Counted from the stretch's first letter, positions 8,369 to 17,983 are shown. The stretch: DNA of 32,000 nt from Archaeoglobus fulgidus DSM 4304 (GCF_000008665.1 NC_000917.1:390001-422000), one strand, 5' to 3'. Numbers and translations are program-made. The notes: generated by a model not told the origin, from the sequence alone.

Positions 8369-11300
8369 CTTTCAATCCCATTTTGGTCTGATTTCAACTT
8401 ACTGTGTTCCGAGCTTTCAGAGGCAGGCCAAGAGCTCTTTTAATCCCATTTTGGTCTGATTTCAACCTTCATGTGCTCTCAACCAGTAGTATATTGTCCT
8501 AACTGCTTTCAATCCCATTTTGGTCTGATTTCAACAGGCCCGGAATCAACAGGAACACCTGATACACGAATACTTTCAATCCCATTTTGGTCTGATTTCA
8601 ACATGCGGAATTAACAGCATTATCAGGAAAGCGATTATGACTTTCAATCCCATTTTGGTCTGATTTCAACGGGGGGAGGATGAGAGCTCTGTTTGCCGTT
8701 CTGGTGTCTTTCAATCCCATTTTGGTCTGATTTCAACTTTCTGGCATGGGGAGTTAGCAGGAACGTGGCAGGCTACTTTCAATCCCATTTTGGTCTGATT
8801 TCAACGTTAAGCTCTCGGTCGGGCTCTTTGCTCGGTAGAACCCTTTCAATCCCATTTTGGTCTGATTTCAACGACTGTAATCTCAACTCCTCCGCCATCT
8901 TCTGAAACTCCTTTCAATCCCATTTTGGTCTGATTTCAACCACATTGACGTGGCGGATTAAGCGCTTGTGGAAAGTGTTTTCTTTCAATCCCATTTTGGT
9001 CTGATTTCAACGATGAAGCCATATTTGTCGCATTATTCCACGACGTCCTTTCAATCCCATTTTGGTCTGATTTCAACCTTCTCAACTATCGGTTGTTTGA
9101 CATTTGTATCCTTTCCTTTCAATCCCATTTTGGTCTGATTTCAACGAAGTTCCACATTCCCGTGACTTTCAAGAAGATTATGCTTTCAATCCCATTTTGG
9201 TCTGATTTCAACACAATCTGATCGAACAGATTACCAGTCAAAGCAACTCCCTTTCAATCCCATTTTGGTCTGATTTCAACTTGCTGAGCTCAGAGGCTTT
9301 ACCGCTAACACTCGCCTTAACGCTTTCAATCCCATTTTGGTCTGATTTCAACTTGTCAGTTCTCTTCTGATCGATTCGGCCAGAGTGGTATATTCTTTCA
9401 ATCCCATTTTGGTCTGATTTCAACCTGAGTCTGCTTACTCCAAGATTTATGTCTCTGTATGTCTCTTTCAATCCCATTTTGGTCTGATTTCAACCCGGCA
9501 AAACAAGATACCACGATTTCTTCCCATGCCACTTTCAATCCCATTTTGGTCTGATTTCAACCTCCGACTATCACCCAGTCAAACCCCTCGAAGTCCGACT
9601 TTCAATCCCATTTTGGTCTGATTTCAACAGGTGCCTTGTAACCTTTCTATTTTTTGATTGCTCTCTTTCAATCCCATTTTGGTCTGATTTCAACTACCGA
9701 GCTGCTCAGCGTTGGGATGGAGTATTTCACGCTTTCAATCCCATTTTGGTCTGATTTCAACCTGCGGGGGAGCAGCCCATCGCCGAATACGACAACCTTT
9801 CAATCCCATTTTGGTCTGATTTCAACTACTCCCCTGAAACCTCCTCAGAGCCTTCGTGTCCTCTTTCAATCCCATTTTGGTCTGATTTCAACCGTTCGGC
9901 GTCGTAGAGGAAGAGAAGAGGGAGTCCAGACTTTCAATCCCATTTTGGTCTGATTTCAACGAGGCGTTCATCAAGGAGGCTTACCGAGTTCTAAAAAAAG
10001 ACTTTCAATCCCATTTTGGTCTGATTTCAACAGTCGTTTTGAAAACCACCGAGCCGTCAGCGGTTGCGACCCCTTTCAATCCCATTTTGGTCTGATTTCA
10101 ACTAAGATCCTGAAGCCAGATCCAGACCTCAAAGAAGGCCTTTCAATCCCATTTTGGTCTGATTTCAACCAATCTCGTCGTCAGCAATCGAGATATTAGC
10201 AGTTCCCGACTTTCAATCCCATTTTGGTCTGATTTCAACTATTTAGCCCTCTTAACGACCCGTTCTTCGCTGTTTATCTTTCAATCCCATTTTGGTCTGA
10301 TTTCAACTTTAAGAACCTTGAATGTCTTACCTGCTGGAAGTCTAAACCCTTTCAATCCCATTTTGGTCTGATTTCAACTCAGCCACGTCGTTGAACCGAT
10401 GCTCGCAGACTTCAACGGCTCCCTTTCAATCCCATTTTGGTCTGATTTCAACTCCGTAACTATGCTATTGTTCTCAAGCAAATTATACTCTTTCAATCCC
10501 ATTTTGGTCTGATTTCAACCAGGAGGAATGATATGTTTATTGGACAAAGACAGGTCTTTCAATCCCATTTTGGTCTGATTTCAACATCGCCAATTGCCTC
10601 AACACTCACTTTGCCATAGCAATACAACTTTCAATCCCATTTTGGTCTGATTTCAACTTCGGGGGATTTGATGAGTTGCTTCTCCTCTTGCCCTTCTTTC
10701 AATCCCATTTTGGTCTGATTTCAACTCCCCTCTGGAGTTCGTGAGGTATGCCTCCTTTATCTTTCAATCCCATTTTGGTCTGATTTCAACGGCCGAGCTG
10801 AAGCTGCTCTATGTCGGAGAGTTCCACTTTCAATCCCATTTTGGTCTGATTTCAACTAACGAATCTCAAAGCCCTCGCATTGGAAAGGGTCGCTTTCAAT
10901 CCCATTTTGGTCTGATTTCAACCAAGTACAGACTCTCGAAGCCGCCCGTAAAATCGCTCTTTCAATCCCATTTTGGTCTGATTTCAACAAACCCCCCTCT
11001 TGGTGGAGTTGGCAAAGATTATGTCCTTTCAATCCCATTTTGGTCTGATTTCAACTCACGACGCTCCCTAACGGTAAGGCAATAGTTAAAAGCTTTCAAT
11101 CCCATTTTGGTCTGATTTCAACTAGGGCAACAGTTGTTCGATCTCCTCTCTCGTTAAGCTTTCAATCCCATTTTGGTCTGATTTCAACTGTTCAATCAAG
11201 TCAAAACGTATTACTCTCAAAGCGCTTTCAATCCCATTTTGGTCTGATTTCAACCATTAACAGCTCTCAGAACGATTTGGGACAGAACAATCTTTCAATC

Positions 11301-11590
11301 CCATTTTGGTCTGATTTCAACTTGAACTCCACCTCTGGCAACAGCGGCTGCTATTACTGCTTTCAATCCCATTTTGGTCTGATTTCAACCCTTGATCGAG
11401 GGAGAGAAGAACCCTCGAGTCGTCGTCCTTTCAATCCCATTTTGGTCTGATTTCAACTCAAAAACGTTTTGGAGAGTAGTTCTCGCACTTGCTGCTTTCA
11501 ATCCCATTTTGGTCTGATTTCAACCGCCTTGCTGAAAGCTCTAAGCACCACTTCGGCAATCTTTCAATCCCATTTTGGTCTGATTTCAAC
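8369..11590 (-). CRISPR. CRISPR array: 48 x 30-nt repeats and 47 spacers (35-44 nt)
   Basis: Every repeat was located by hand, the first at 8369-8398 and the last at 11561-11590. Plus-strand unit is CTTTCAATCCCATTTTGGTCTGATTTCAAC. Only the repeat at 8437-8466 differs (CTTTTAAT...). All spacers are unique by eye. Minus-strand transcription is inferred for three reasons. The reverse complement GTTGAAATCAGACCAAAATGGGATTGAAAG ends in ATTGAAAG, the canonical Cas6-generated 8-nt crRNA 5' tag. The long AT-rich non-coding flank lies on the right. The single degenerate repeat lies at the left (trailer) end. Confidence 0.97.
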
Positions 11591-11660
11591 CATCAGTAAT
11601 TTTCCCTCTATTTCCAATTTAAAGTTTTCTGAGGGATTTTTTCATTTATATACCTCCGCG
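11591..11660 (-). promoter_or_regulatory. CRISPR leader with candidate TATA box
   Basis: 425 bp of visibly AT-rich non-coding DNA (11591-12015) abuts the array. On the minus strand, TATATAAA (11652-11645) is preceded by purine-rich GGAGG (BRE-like) and lies about 55-60 nt upstream of the first repeat. The transcription start site is not known. Confidence 0.45.
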
Positions 11661-12015
11661 AGGTGTCGAAAGTGCATCTCATTTATAACGGCGTGCGACT
11701 TTTATCCTGCTACTCAATTTCCTACTAAACCATTTTCCGGAACTTATTTCTACTTTAAAATCTTTTCCTCAAGCTTATCCTGCCAAAAAATAATCAAAAC
11801 AATCCATTTCCAAAAATAACCAAATATAAAACATAATTCTACCCAATTAAAACTCAAGATAAATTACTGTGACAAGCACTCTGAGATGATTTTTCGCAGA
11901 ATAACGGTCTAAAACTGGCCAAAATCTAAACTCAATTTATTTCCTCTTGCTTTGCAATCACACTGACTCTCAATAAAACCCTTAATCTTAATTACCCACA
12001 CCCCAAACAGGAATC

Positions 12016-12687
12016 ATGTTCAAACCAAAGGCCATCGCAGTTGACATAGATGGCACCCTCACCGACAGAAAGAGGGCTCTGAACTGCAGGGCTGTTGAAG
12101 CTCTCCGCAAGGTAAAAATTCCCGTGATTTTGGCCACTGGTAACATATCTTGTTTTGCGAGGGCTGCAGCAAAGCTGATTGGAGTCTCAGACGTGGTAAT
12201 CTGCGAGAATGGGGGCGTGGTGAGGTTCGAGTACGATGGGGAGGATATTGTTTTAGGAGATAAAGAGAAATGCGTTGAGGCTGTGAGGGTGCTTGAGAAA
12301 CACTATGAGGTTGAGCTGCTGGACTTCGAATACAGGAAGTCGGAAGTGTGCATGAGGAGGAGCTTTGACATCAACGAGGCGAGAAAGCTCATTGAGGGGA
12401 TGGGGGTTAAGCTTGTGGATTCAGGCTTTGCCTACCACATTATGGATGCTGATGTTAGCAAGGGAAAAGCTTTGAAGTTCGTTGCCGAGAGGCTTGGTAT
12501 CAGTTCAGCGGAGTTTGCAGTTATCGGCGACTCAGAGAACGACATAGACATGTTCAGAGTTGCTGGATTCGGAATTGCTGTTGCCAATGCCGATGAGAGG
12601 CTGAAGGAGTATGCTGATTTAGTTACGCCATCACCAGACGGCGAGGGGGTTGTTGAGGCTTTGCAGTTTCTGGGATTGTTGCGGTGA
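12016..12687 (+). CDS. HAD-superfamily phosphatase, archaeal phosphoglycolate phosphatase / Cof-like (type IIB)
   Basis: 223 aa. Motif I is AVDIDGTLTD, motif II is ILATGN, and motifs III/IV are K...GDSENDIDMF. The size and cap match the archaeal PGPase subfamily. The substrate is not proven. Confidence 0.8.
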   Translation: MFKPKAIAVDIDGTLTDRKRALNCRAVEALRKVKIPVILATGNISCFARAAAKLIGVSDVVICENGGVVRFEYDGEDIVLGDKEKCVEAVRVLEKHYEVELLDFEYRKSEVCMRRSFDINEARKLIEGMGVKLVDSGFAYHIMDADVSKGKALKFVAERLGISSAEFAVIGDSENDIDMFRVAGFGIAVANADERLKEYADLVTPSPDGEGVVEALQFLGLLR

Positions 12688-13108
12688 GCCTGCTTAACCT
12701 TCCTCGACCTGTGAAGAGCATTACCGCTTCTCTCACCAGTTCTGCAACAGCTGGCCTCCTATCCCGTTTTATTTTCAGGTTGGGGCAGAAGGTGTCGGCA
12801 TAAACGTAAAACTCATCCCCATTAAGCTCAAACAGCCCCTCCTCTTCTCCCTTCCTCCTCACCACGAACGGGAAGGTTTTGCATGCGAGTGGCTTTAGGT
12901 CGTTTTGCAGTGAGCAGAGCCTGCCACTCTGGAAGGGGCACTTCCCTCCAATTTTGCGAATGTAAAATCTTCCTGCCTTCTCAATCACAAAGCCGGTGCC
13001 TCTGAGCTTCAGGTACTCGTAGGCTGTAAGCCTTGGCGTGTAAACTCTGCAGCACATCCCGCAGGCGTTGCAGTGCCAGGAAGCAACACGCCTCCATGGC
13101 ACGTGCAT
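12623..13108 (-). CDS. CxxCxxCC (YkgJ/UPF0153) putative Fe-S or zinc-binding protein
   Basis: 161 aa. N-terminal CNACGMCC plus further Cys residues (CPFQSGRLC, CKTFP, CPN), as in PF03692-type proteins. The 3' end overlaps the convergent HAD gene by 65 nt. Confidence 0.65.
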   Translation of the reverse strand: MHVPWRRVASWHCNACGMCCRVYTPRLTAYEYLKLRGTGFVIEKAGRFYIRKIGGKCPFQSGRLCSLQNDLKPLACKTFPFVVRRKGEEEGLFELNGDEFYVYADTFCPNLKIKRDRRPAVAELVREAVMLFTGRGRLSRLTATIPETAKPQQPPRRLVMA

Positions 13109-13313
13109 GTTTGAAAGTTAGCCTCACTGCTGATTTGGGTTTTGGTTCGCCATGCTTGAAGTGTGGAAGTTTGCCGGAGTTGAAGTATCGCCGGTCAGAA
13201 CCGTGGGAGTGTATATGCGCCTACTCGTAGAAAGAGCTGCTCAGGTGGACAGGATTTAAGAGCAGTTTCGAGAACCTGTTCGGAACCCGTCCAGTGCCAG
13301 TAGTGATTATAAT

Positions 13314-13694
13314 TTAACTCAGGAGTTTCGTCGTAAACTCAGACTCCCTCAGGAACACGGGAACTTCAACGTCTCTGCCCCCTACTTCAATGGTTGGTTT
13401 AATAGCGACTCTGATTTTCGTCTTCTCCCCATTCGCGATGTGCGTCACCCACCATTCTCGAATAAAACTGTTGTTTAGCCTTAAAGAAAACTTAAGTGTG
13501 GTCTTCGATTTTGGTTTTACGGTTACTGGAGAATTTTCATAACCATCGGCAACCTTCACGCCGTTCATCTCAATGGTGTAGTGGTATCCGCTTACTACAA
13601 TAGGAACGACATCCTCGTTCCTGACTTTAGCGAGAGCCACAATTTCTGTTTGGCTGTCTGTTACAACTCCCCACATCGCCTTAACGGACTCCAC
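13314..13694 (-). CDS. LEA14-like (LEA_2 / COG5608-type) domain protein, no signal peptide; possibly the 3' half of a frameshifted two-domain gene
   Basis: 126 aa from a GTG start. WGVVTDSQTEIVALAKVRNEDVVPIVVSGYHYTIEMNGVKVADG...IREWWVTHIANGEKTKIRV parallels the upstream paralogue domain residue for residue. See the finding on the frameshift. Confidence 0.6.
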   Translation of the reverse strand: MESVKAMWGVVTDSQTEIVALAKVRNEDVVPIVVSGYHYTIEMNGVKVADGYENSPVTVKPKSKTTLKFSLRLNNSFIREWWVTHIANGEKTKIRVAIKPTIEVGGRDVEVPVFLRESEFTTKLLS

Positions 13695-14197
13695 AGTGAC
13701 AGGGAAGCCATCGACCTTTCAGGAACGTTTGTGCAGAATCCGGAAAGAATATCTGTTTTAAACCGGTTTGTAATTTCAAATGGAACTTTGAAGTCAATAA
13801 ATCTTAGATCAAAGACCATGTATCCCCTAATGCTAACCGTTGACTCCTCCCCGTTTGTGATGTGGCTTCTCCACCATTGGGGAATTTTGCTGTTGTCGAC
13901 ATACGTGGTGATTATCACAGTTGATTCAGAGTTTGGTTCGATATGGGCGCTTAATGCCGATCCCTCACCCATTTTGATTCCGTTGATGTAAACTTCCGTC
14001 AGAATGTCCTTTAACGGTAGCGGAAACGGGTTTGGATTGTAAACTTTGACCGTTGTTATGATTTCTGTCGTAGACTCTGTCACTTTTCCCCACTTGCTGT
14101 TGATTTCCTTCAACTGGGGTTTCCCTACCACCTGTAAGCATCCAGTTATGGCAAGGGCAACGAGGGCGATTACAGTAATTCTCATAATTACAATCAT
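13661..14197 (-). CDS. LEA14-like (LEA_2) domain lipoprotein/secreted protein
   Basis: From ATG 14197 (the ORF-track start at 14209 is a GTG): MIVIMRITVIALVALAITGC, a signal peptide with lipobox-like ITGC. This is followed by WGKVTESTTEIITTVKVYNPNPFPLPLKDILTEVYINGIKMGEG...IPQWWRSHITNGEESTV, the LEA_2 immunoglobulin-like repeat pattern. Confidence 0.7.
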   Translation of the reverse strand: MIVIMRITVIALVALAITGCLQVVGKPQLKEINSKWGKVTESTTEIITTVKVYNPNPFPLPLKDILTEVYINGIKMGEGSALSAHIEPNSESTVIITTYVDNSKIPQWWRSHITNGEESTVSIRGYMVFDLRFIDFKVPFEITNRFKTDILSGFCTNVPERSMASLSLWSPLRRCGEL

Positions 14198-14313
14198 GGT
14201 ATTAGACACAAAAGCTTTCTCCTTAATCTCACAGGTGTTTTCATGGTCTTGCGAAAGGTTGATATTTTTTTAGGATAAATTTAAACAAGTTACCCTCCGA
14301 GCAGGGATAGGAT

Positions 14314-16629
14314 ATGGATAGTGAGTCAATTGAAAAAATTTGGGAGGAGTGGTTTAAGGAAGTATCCAAAGAATTTTCTCCTGAGCTGAGAGTAGTGGTT
14401 AAGGAGAGAATTAAAGGATACATCTACGCCCTTCTCTCAGGTGAGGACTCCGAAAAAATAGTGGAACAAATCGATGATGAACTGATTGAGAGGATAATCA
14501 GGAGTGGAAGCAAACCGGAAGATGTAGTCAGAAGAATGGAACTCTTCGCAAATAAACTTTCTGAATACGAAGAGTTCGAGAAGGTTGCGAAGAACTTTGC
14601 AAGGTTTGTTCCAGCACTTCTGAGGAAAATGTTGGGTGTTTATGAGAGAATTTTGCAGGAAGAGCAAGAAAGAAGGAAAAGGGCTGAGAGAGCTTTAAGG
14701 GTCTTGAGCAAGGTTAACGAAGCTGTAACCAGAGCAAGCGATGAGGAAGAGCTGCTAAAGGAAGTCTGCAGGATAATTGTTGAGGAAGGCGGTTACGCCT
14801 ACGCCTGGGTTGGGTATGCTGAGAAGGATAAGACTGTAAAGCCAGTTGCCGCTTCAGGCAATGACGACTATGCATGGGTAATAAAGGTTACCTGGAACGA
14901 TAGCGAGACCGGTCGGGGACCTGTTGGCAGCTCAATCAGGCTTAGAAAAACTGTGGTGGTAAGGGAAACCGACGCAGACGAGTCCTTCAAACCCTGGAGA
15001 GAAGAAGCTTTAAAAAGAGGTTTTAGATCTGTAGCAGCCATTCCTCTTCACGTTGAGAACGAGGTAATTGGCTCTTTAGCCATCTACGCTCCAGAGCCAG
15101 ACGCTTTTGACGAGGAAGAGCTCTCCCTGCTTGAAGAGCTTGCCGAAAGTCTCTCTAATGCAATCGCCTCCCTGAGAGAGAAAAAGGAAAAGGAGATGCT
15201 GGAGAAGCTGTACGAGCTTGTAGTAGAGAACACAGGAACAGCAATACTCGTAATCGAAAACGGAAAGATCGTTTTCGCAAACAAAGAGGTGGAAAAATTA
15301 TCAGGATACAGCAGAGAAGAGCTTGTAGGAAAGCCTTTCACCATTCTGCTTCCTGAAGAAGATCGCAAAGAGATTCTAAGAATTCACAAACTAAGGCTTG
15401 CAGACCCCGAATCGGCTCCAAGACAGTACGAGATAAAGTATGTTGACAAAGAAGGCAGAATAAGGTATGCAATTATCACGGCTACGGTTATTCCCGGAAC
15501 TAAAAGGGTTGTTGTCTCCTTAATGGATATTACCGAAGCTAAGGAGATGGAGAGAAAGCTAAAAGAAAGCGAGGAAAGGTACAGGGCTGTATTTGAAAAC
15601 TCCCCTCTGGGAATAGTTCTTGCGTCAGTGGACACAACGATCCTTGACTGCAATAATGCAGCTTTAAGAATGTTCGGAATGAGAAGAGAAGACGTCATAG
15701 GGAAAAAATGGACCGAACTTGGCCTTTTTGATGACGCCAAGCTGCCCGAGATAATGAAGGAGTTTTACCGTGGACTGAGCGAAGAGTTCAGGGAGCTGGA
15801 CTTGGAGGTAAACATTGGTGGGAAATTAAAAATCCTAAAAGTGTTTCCGGTTTTGCTTAAAAAAGAGGGGGTTCCCTACACATTTCTTAACATAATTGAG
15901 GATATCACCGAAAAGATGATTGCGGAGAGAAAGCTAAGAGACGCTCTCGAAAGCCTTCAGATTCTGAGATCAGTCGATTTGGGAATTATAGAGGGCAAAA
16001 ACCTTCGAGATATGCTTCTTGAAGTGGCAAAGGTTGTAAGGCGAAAGATTGGCTGTGATGTTATTGCTATCAGGGTTTTCGGTGAAAATGGCTTTGTTGT
16101 TTCAGATCCTGAGATTGGAAGATCTGTTTTAGAGAAAATAGACGCTGAGAAAGAGGTCGTGGTAAATATTCTGGAAAAAGATGATTTAAATGAACTGGAG
16201 GTAGAGCTGCTCAAAGGCGGATTTGCTCGCTATGTCTCGATACCCTTAATAGCAAGAGATGAGAAAGTAGGAGTGATATTTGCAGCAAGCAAGGGAATTG
16301 AGGGGAAGGATATCGATTTCCTCAAAACAACAGCGGGACAGCTTGCTATAGCCATACACGAAGCGTTACTGTTTGAGGCTAAGATGAAAGCATACGAGCA
16401 GATAGAGAAGAACATAGAGCAGTTTGCAATTTTAGTTGACCACATCCGCAATCCTTTGGCTGCTGCACAGGGATACGTTGAGATATTCGTCGAGAACGAG
16501 GAAGCGAAGAAAAAAATTAAAGAGCAGCTTGACAGAGTGGTGGAGCTGGTTGAGCAGCTCGAGAGGGGGTGGGTTGAGTCTGAGGCAATAAGAGACTATT
16601 TAAGAAGAGAGCGTGAAGAAAGGAGGTGA
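14314..16629 (+). CDS. Multidomain sensor: helical N-domain, GAF, PAS, PAS, GAF and a DHp-like (HisKA-like) helix, with no ATPase (HATPase_c) domain
   Basis: 771 aa. GAF-like blocks are around residues 130-290 and 550-690. There are two PAS blocks (VVENTGTAILVIENGKIVFANKE..., FENSPLGIVLASVD...). The C-terminus FAILVDHIRNPLAAAQGYVEIF is an H-box (His codon at 16441-16443). The ORF ends about 60 aa later with no N/G1/G2 boxes. Confidence 0.85.
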   Translation: MDSESIEKIWEEWFKEVSKEFSPELRVVVKERIKGYIYALLSGEDSEKIVEQIDDELIERIIRSGSKPEDVVRRMELFANKLSEYEEFEKVAKNFARFVPALLRKMLGVYERILQEEQERRKRAERALRVLSKVNEAVTRASDEEELLKEVCRIIVEEGGYAYAWVGYAEKDKTVKPVAASGNDDYAWVIKVTWNDSETGRGPVGSSIRLRKTVVVRETDADESFKPWREEALKRGFRSVAAIPLHVENEVIGSLAIYAPEPDAFDEEELSLLEELAESLSNAIASLREKKEKEMLEKLYELVVENTGTAILVIENGKIVFANKEVEKLSGYSREELVGKPFTILLPEEDRKEILRIHKLRLADPESAPRQYEIKYVDKEGRIRYAIITATVIPGTKRVVVSLMDITEAKEMERKLKESEERYRAVFENSPLGIVLASVDTTILDCNNAALRMFGMRREDVIGKKWTELGLFDDAKLPEIMKEFYRGLSEEFRELDLEVNIGGKLKILKVFPVLLKKEGVPYTFLNIIEDITEKMIAERKLRDALESLQILRSVDLGIIEGKNLRDMLLEVAKVVRRKIGCDVIAIRVFGENGFVVSDPEIGRSVLEKIDAEKEVVVNILEKDDLNELEVELLKGGFARYVSIPLIARDEKVGVIFAASKGIEGKDIDFLKTTAGQLAIAIHEALLFEAKMKAYEQIEKNIEQFAILVDHIRNPLAAAQGYVEIFVENEEAKKKIKEQLDRVVELVEQLERGWVESEAIRDYLRREREERR

Positions 16630-16633
16630 TGCT

Positions 16634-16990
16634 GTGAACAAACGTAGAGTTATGGTTGTGGAGGATGATTCAGCAGTTCTCGAAACCGTGCAGATTATGC
16701 TGGGTGATAAGTACGAAATTATACCCGCAACGAACGGTGAGGAGGCAGTAAAGAAGTACAAGATGTTCAAACCAGATGTCGTGCTAATGGACGTCATGAT
16801 GCCCGTAATGGACGGTGTTGAGGCAACTAAGGAGATAAAGAAAATAGACCCTCAGGCAAAGATAATAGGCCTCACTGCCTATGCCAGAAAGAAGGGGAAG
16901 GAGCTGCTTGATGCAGGAGCGCTTGAAGTTGTTGAAAAGCCCTTTACGAGGAGGCAGCTGATTGAAGTCATAGAGAAATACTTGGAATGA
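16634..16990 (+). CDS. Stand-alone receiver domain (CheY-like response regulator)
   Basis: Contains VMVVEDD, PDVVLMDVMMPVMDG (phospho-acceptor Asp), GLTAYA and EKPF, with no output domain. I prefer the GTG at 16634, which is in frame with ORF 16613..16990. It lies 5 nt after the Shine-Dalgarno-like AGGAGGTGA (16621-16629) and just after the upstream TGA. Confidence 0.9.
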   Translation: MNKRRVMVVEDDSAVLETVQIMLGDKYEIIPATNGEEAVKKYKMFKPDVVLMDVMMPVMDGVEATKEIKKIDPQAKIIGLTAYARKKGKELLDAGALEVVEKPFTRRQLIEVIEKYLE

Positions 16991-17976
16991 GTAATATGCA
17001 AGATGTATTTCGGGAAGTTGTGGAAATTGCCCCATTCCCTGCTTTACTACACAATGAGATAGGGGTTATTGTTTACGCAAATAAGGCCTTTGAGAGAGTT
17101 TTTGGCTACTCTCGGGAGGAGGTTTTGCAGAGAATTTTTGTCGAGCTTGTCCACCCCAGAGACAGAGAAAAAGCGGAAAATGCGATGAGGAGAAGACTTG
17201 CGGGGGAAACGGTAGAACCTTTTTTGATAAAAGTTAGAGGAAAGGACGGAAACTACAGAACAGTTCAGGTTTTTGGGAGCAGAGCACGTTTTATGGGTGA
17301 GATTTTGGGGATTATTGCTTTATCTGACGTCACAAAGCTTGAAGAGCAGAAGGTAATGCTAACATTGATAACCCGCGCACTAAGGCACGATGTGCTGAAC
17401 GCCCTCACAACCGCCATGTCGTACTTTGAGATTAGCAGAGAAATTTGTAAAAACTGCGAGAATTCCAACTATTTGGAGAAACTGGGATTGTCTATTGAGA
17501 GAGCAGTCAAAATCATAAAAGATTTGAGGGAGTTTGAGGAGGCCGTAGTTAAGGGAGAGCTGGAAAGAATAAATGTCAGAGAAATCGTTGAAGACGTTGC
17601 AGACCACTTTAACGTGCCCATAACAATAGAGGGTGAGTGTGAGGTTGTGGCCGACAGAGGATTGAGAGCAGTCTTTGAGAATTTATTCCAGAATGCCATC
17701 CAGCATGGCAAGACGGACAGAATTGAGGTCACAATGAAAAACGTTGGAGACTTCTGCGAGATAAGGGTAATTGACTACGGCAAGGGGATACCGGAGGAGA
17801 TAAAGGATAATATTTTCGAAGAAGGATTTACTTATGGCGAAGCTGCATCAACCGGACAGGGGCTCTACCTCGTTAAGAAGCTTGTTGAGAGATACGGTGG
17901 GGAAATCCGGGTTGAGGATAACAGTCCGAGGGGAGCGGTCTTTGTTGTCAGGTTGAGGGCGTGGGTTGGGGAGTGA
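16987..17976 (+). CDS. PAS-domain sensor histidine kinase (DHp + HATPase_c)
   Basis: 329 aa. N-terminal PAS (ALLHNEIGVIVYANKAFERVFGYSREEV). H-box LITRALRHDVLNALT. N-box FENLFQNAIQHG. G1 IDYGKGIP. G2 GQGLYLVKKLVERYGG. ATGA overlap with the response regulator gene. Confidence 0.9.
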   Translation: MSNMQDVFREVVEIAPFPALLHNEIGVIVYANKAFERVFGYSREEVLQRIFVELVHPRDREKAENAMRRRLAGETVEPFLIKVRGKDGNYRTVQVFGSRARFMGEILGIIALSDVTKLEEQKVMLTLITRALRHDVLNALTTAMSYFEISREICKNCENSNYLEKLGLSIERAVKIIKDLREFEEAVVKGELERINVREIVEDVADHFNVPITIEGECEVVADRGLRAVFENLFQNAIQHGKTDRIEVTMKNVGDFCEIRVIDYGKGIPEEIKDNIFEEGFTYGEAASTGQGLYLVKKLVERYGGEIRVEDNSPRGAVFVVRLRAWVGE

Positions 17977-17983
17977 AGATACC

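Noticed and set aside
8399-11560. Self-targeting spacers against genes in this window
   Set aside because: No match was spotted by eye, but this was not a systematic comparison. No claim is made, and an alignment is needed.
8693-11819. Six ORFs from the track inside the CRISPR array (8693..8905, 9238..9477, 9654..9953, 10741..11085, 10856..11038, 11469..11819)
   Set aside because: Their translations are dominated by the repeat read in frame (FQSHFGLIST / LSIPFWSDFN / LKSDQNGIE). They are artefacts of the periodic array and the leader, not genes.
13109-13313. Small ORFs or an RNA gene in the 205-bp gap between the CxxCxxCC gene and the LEA14-like gene (including ORF 13033..13230)
   Set aside because: I could find no convincing stem-loops, box motifs or coding signature. 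It is most likely the promoter and 3' UTR region for the flanking minus-strand genes.
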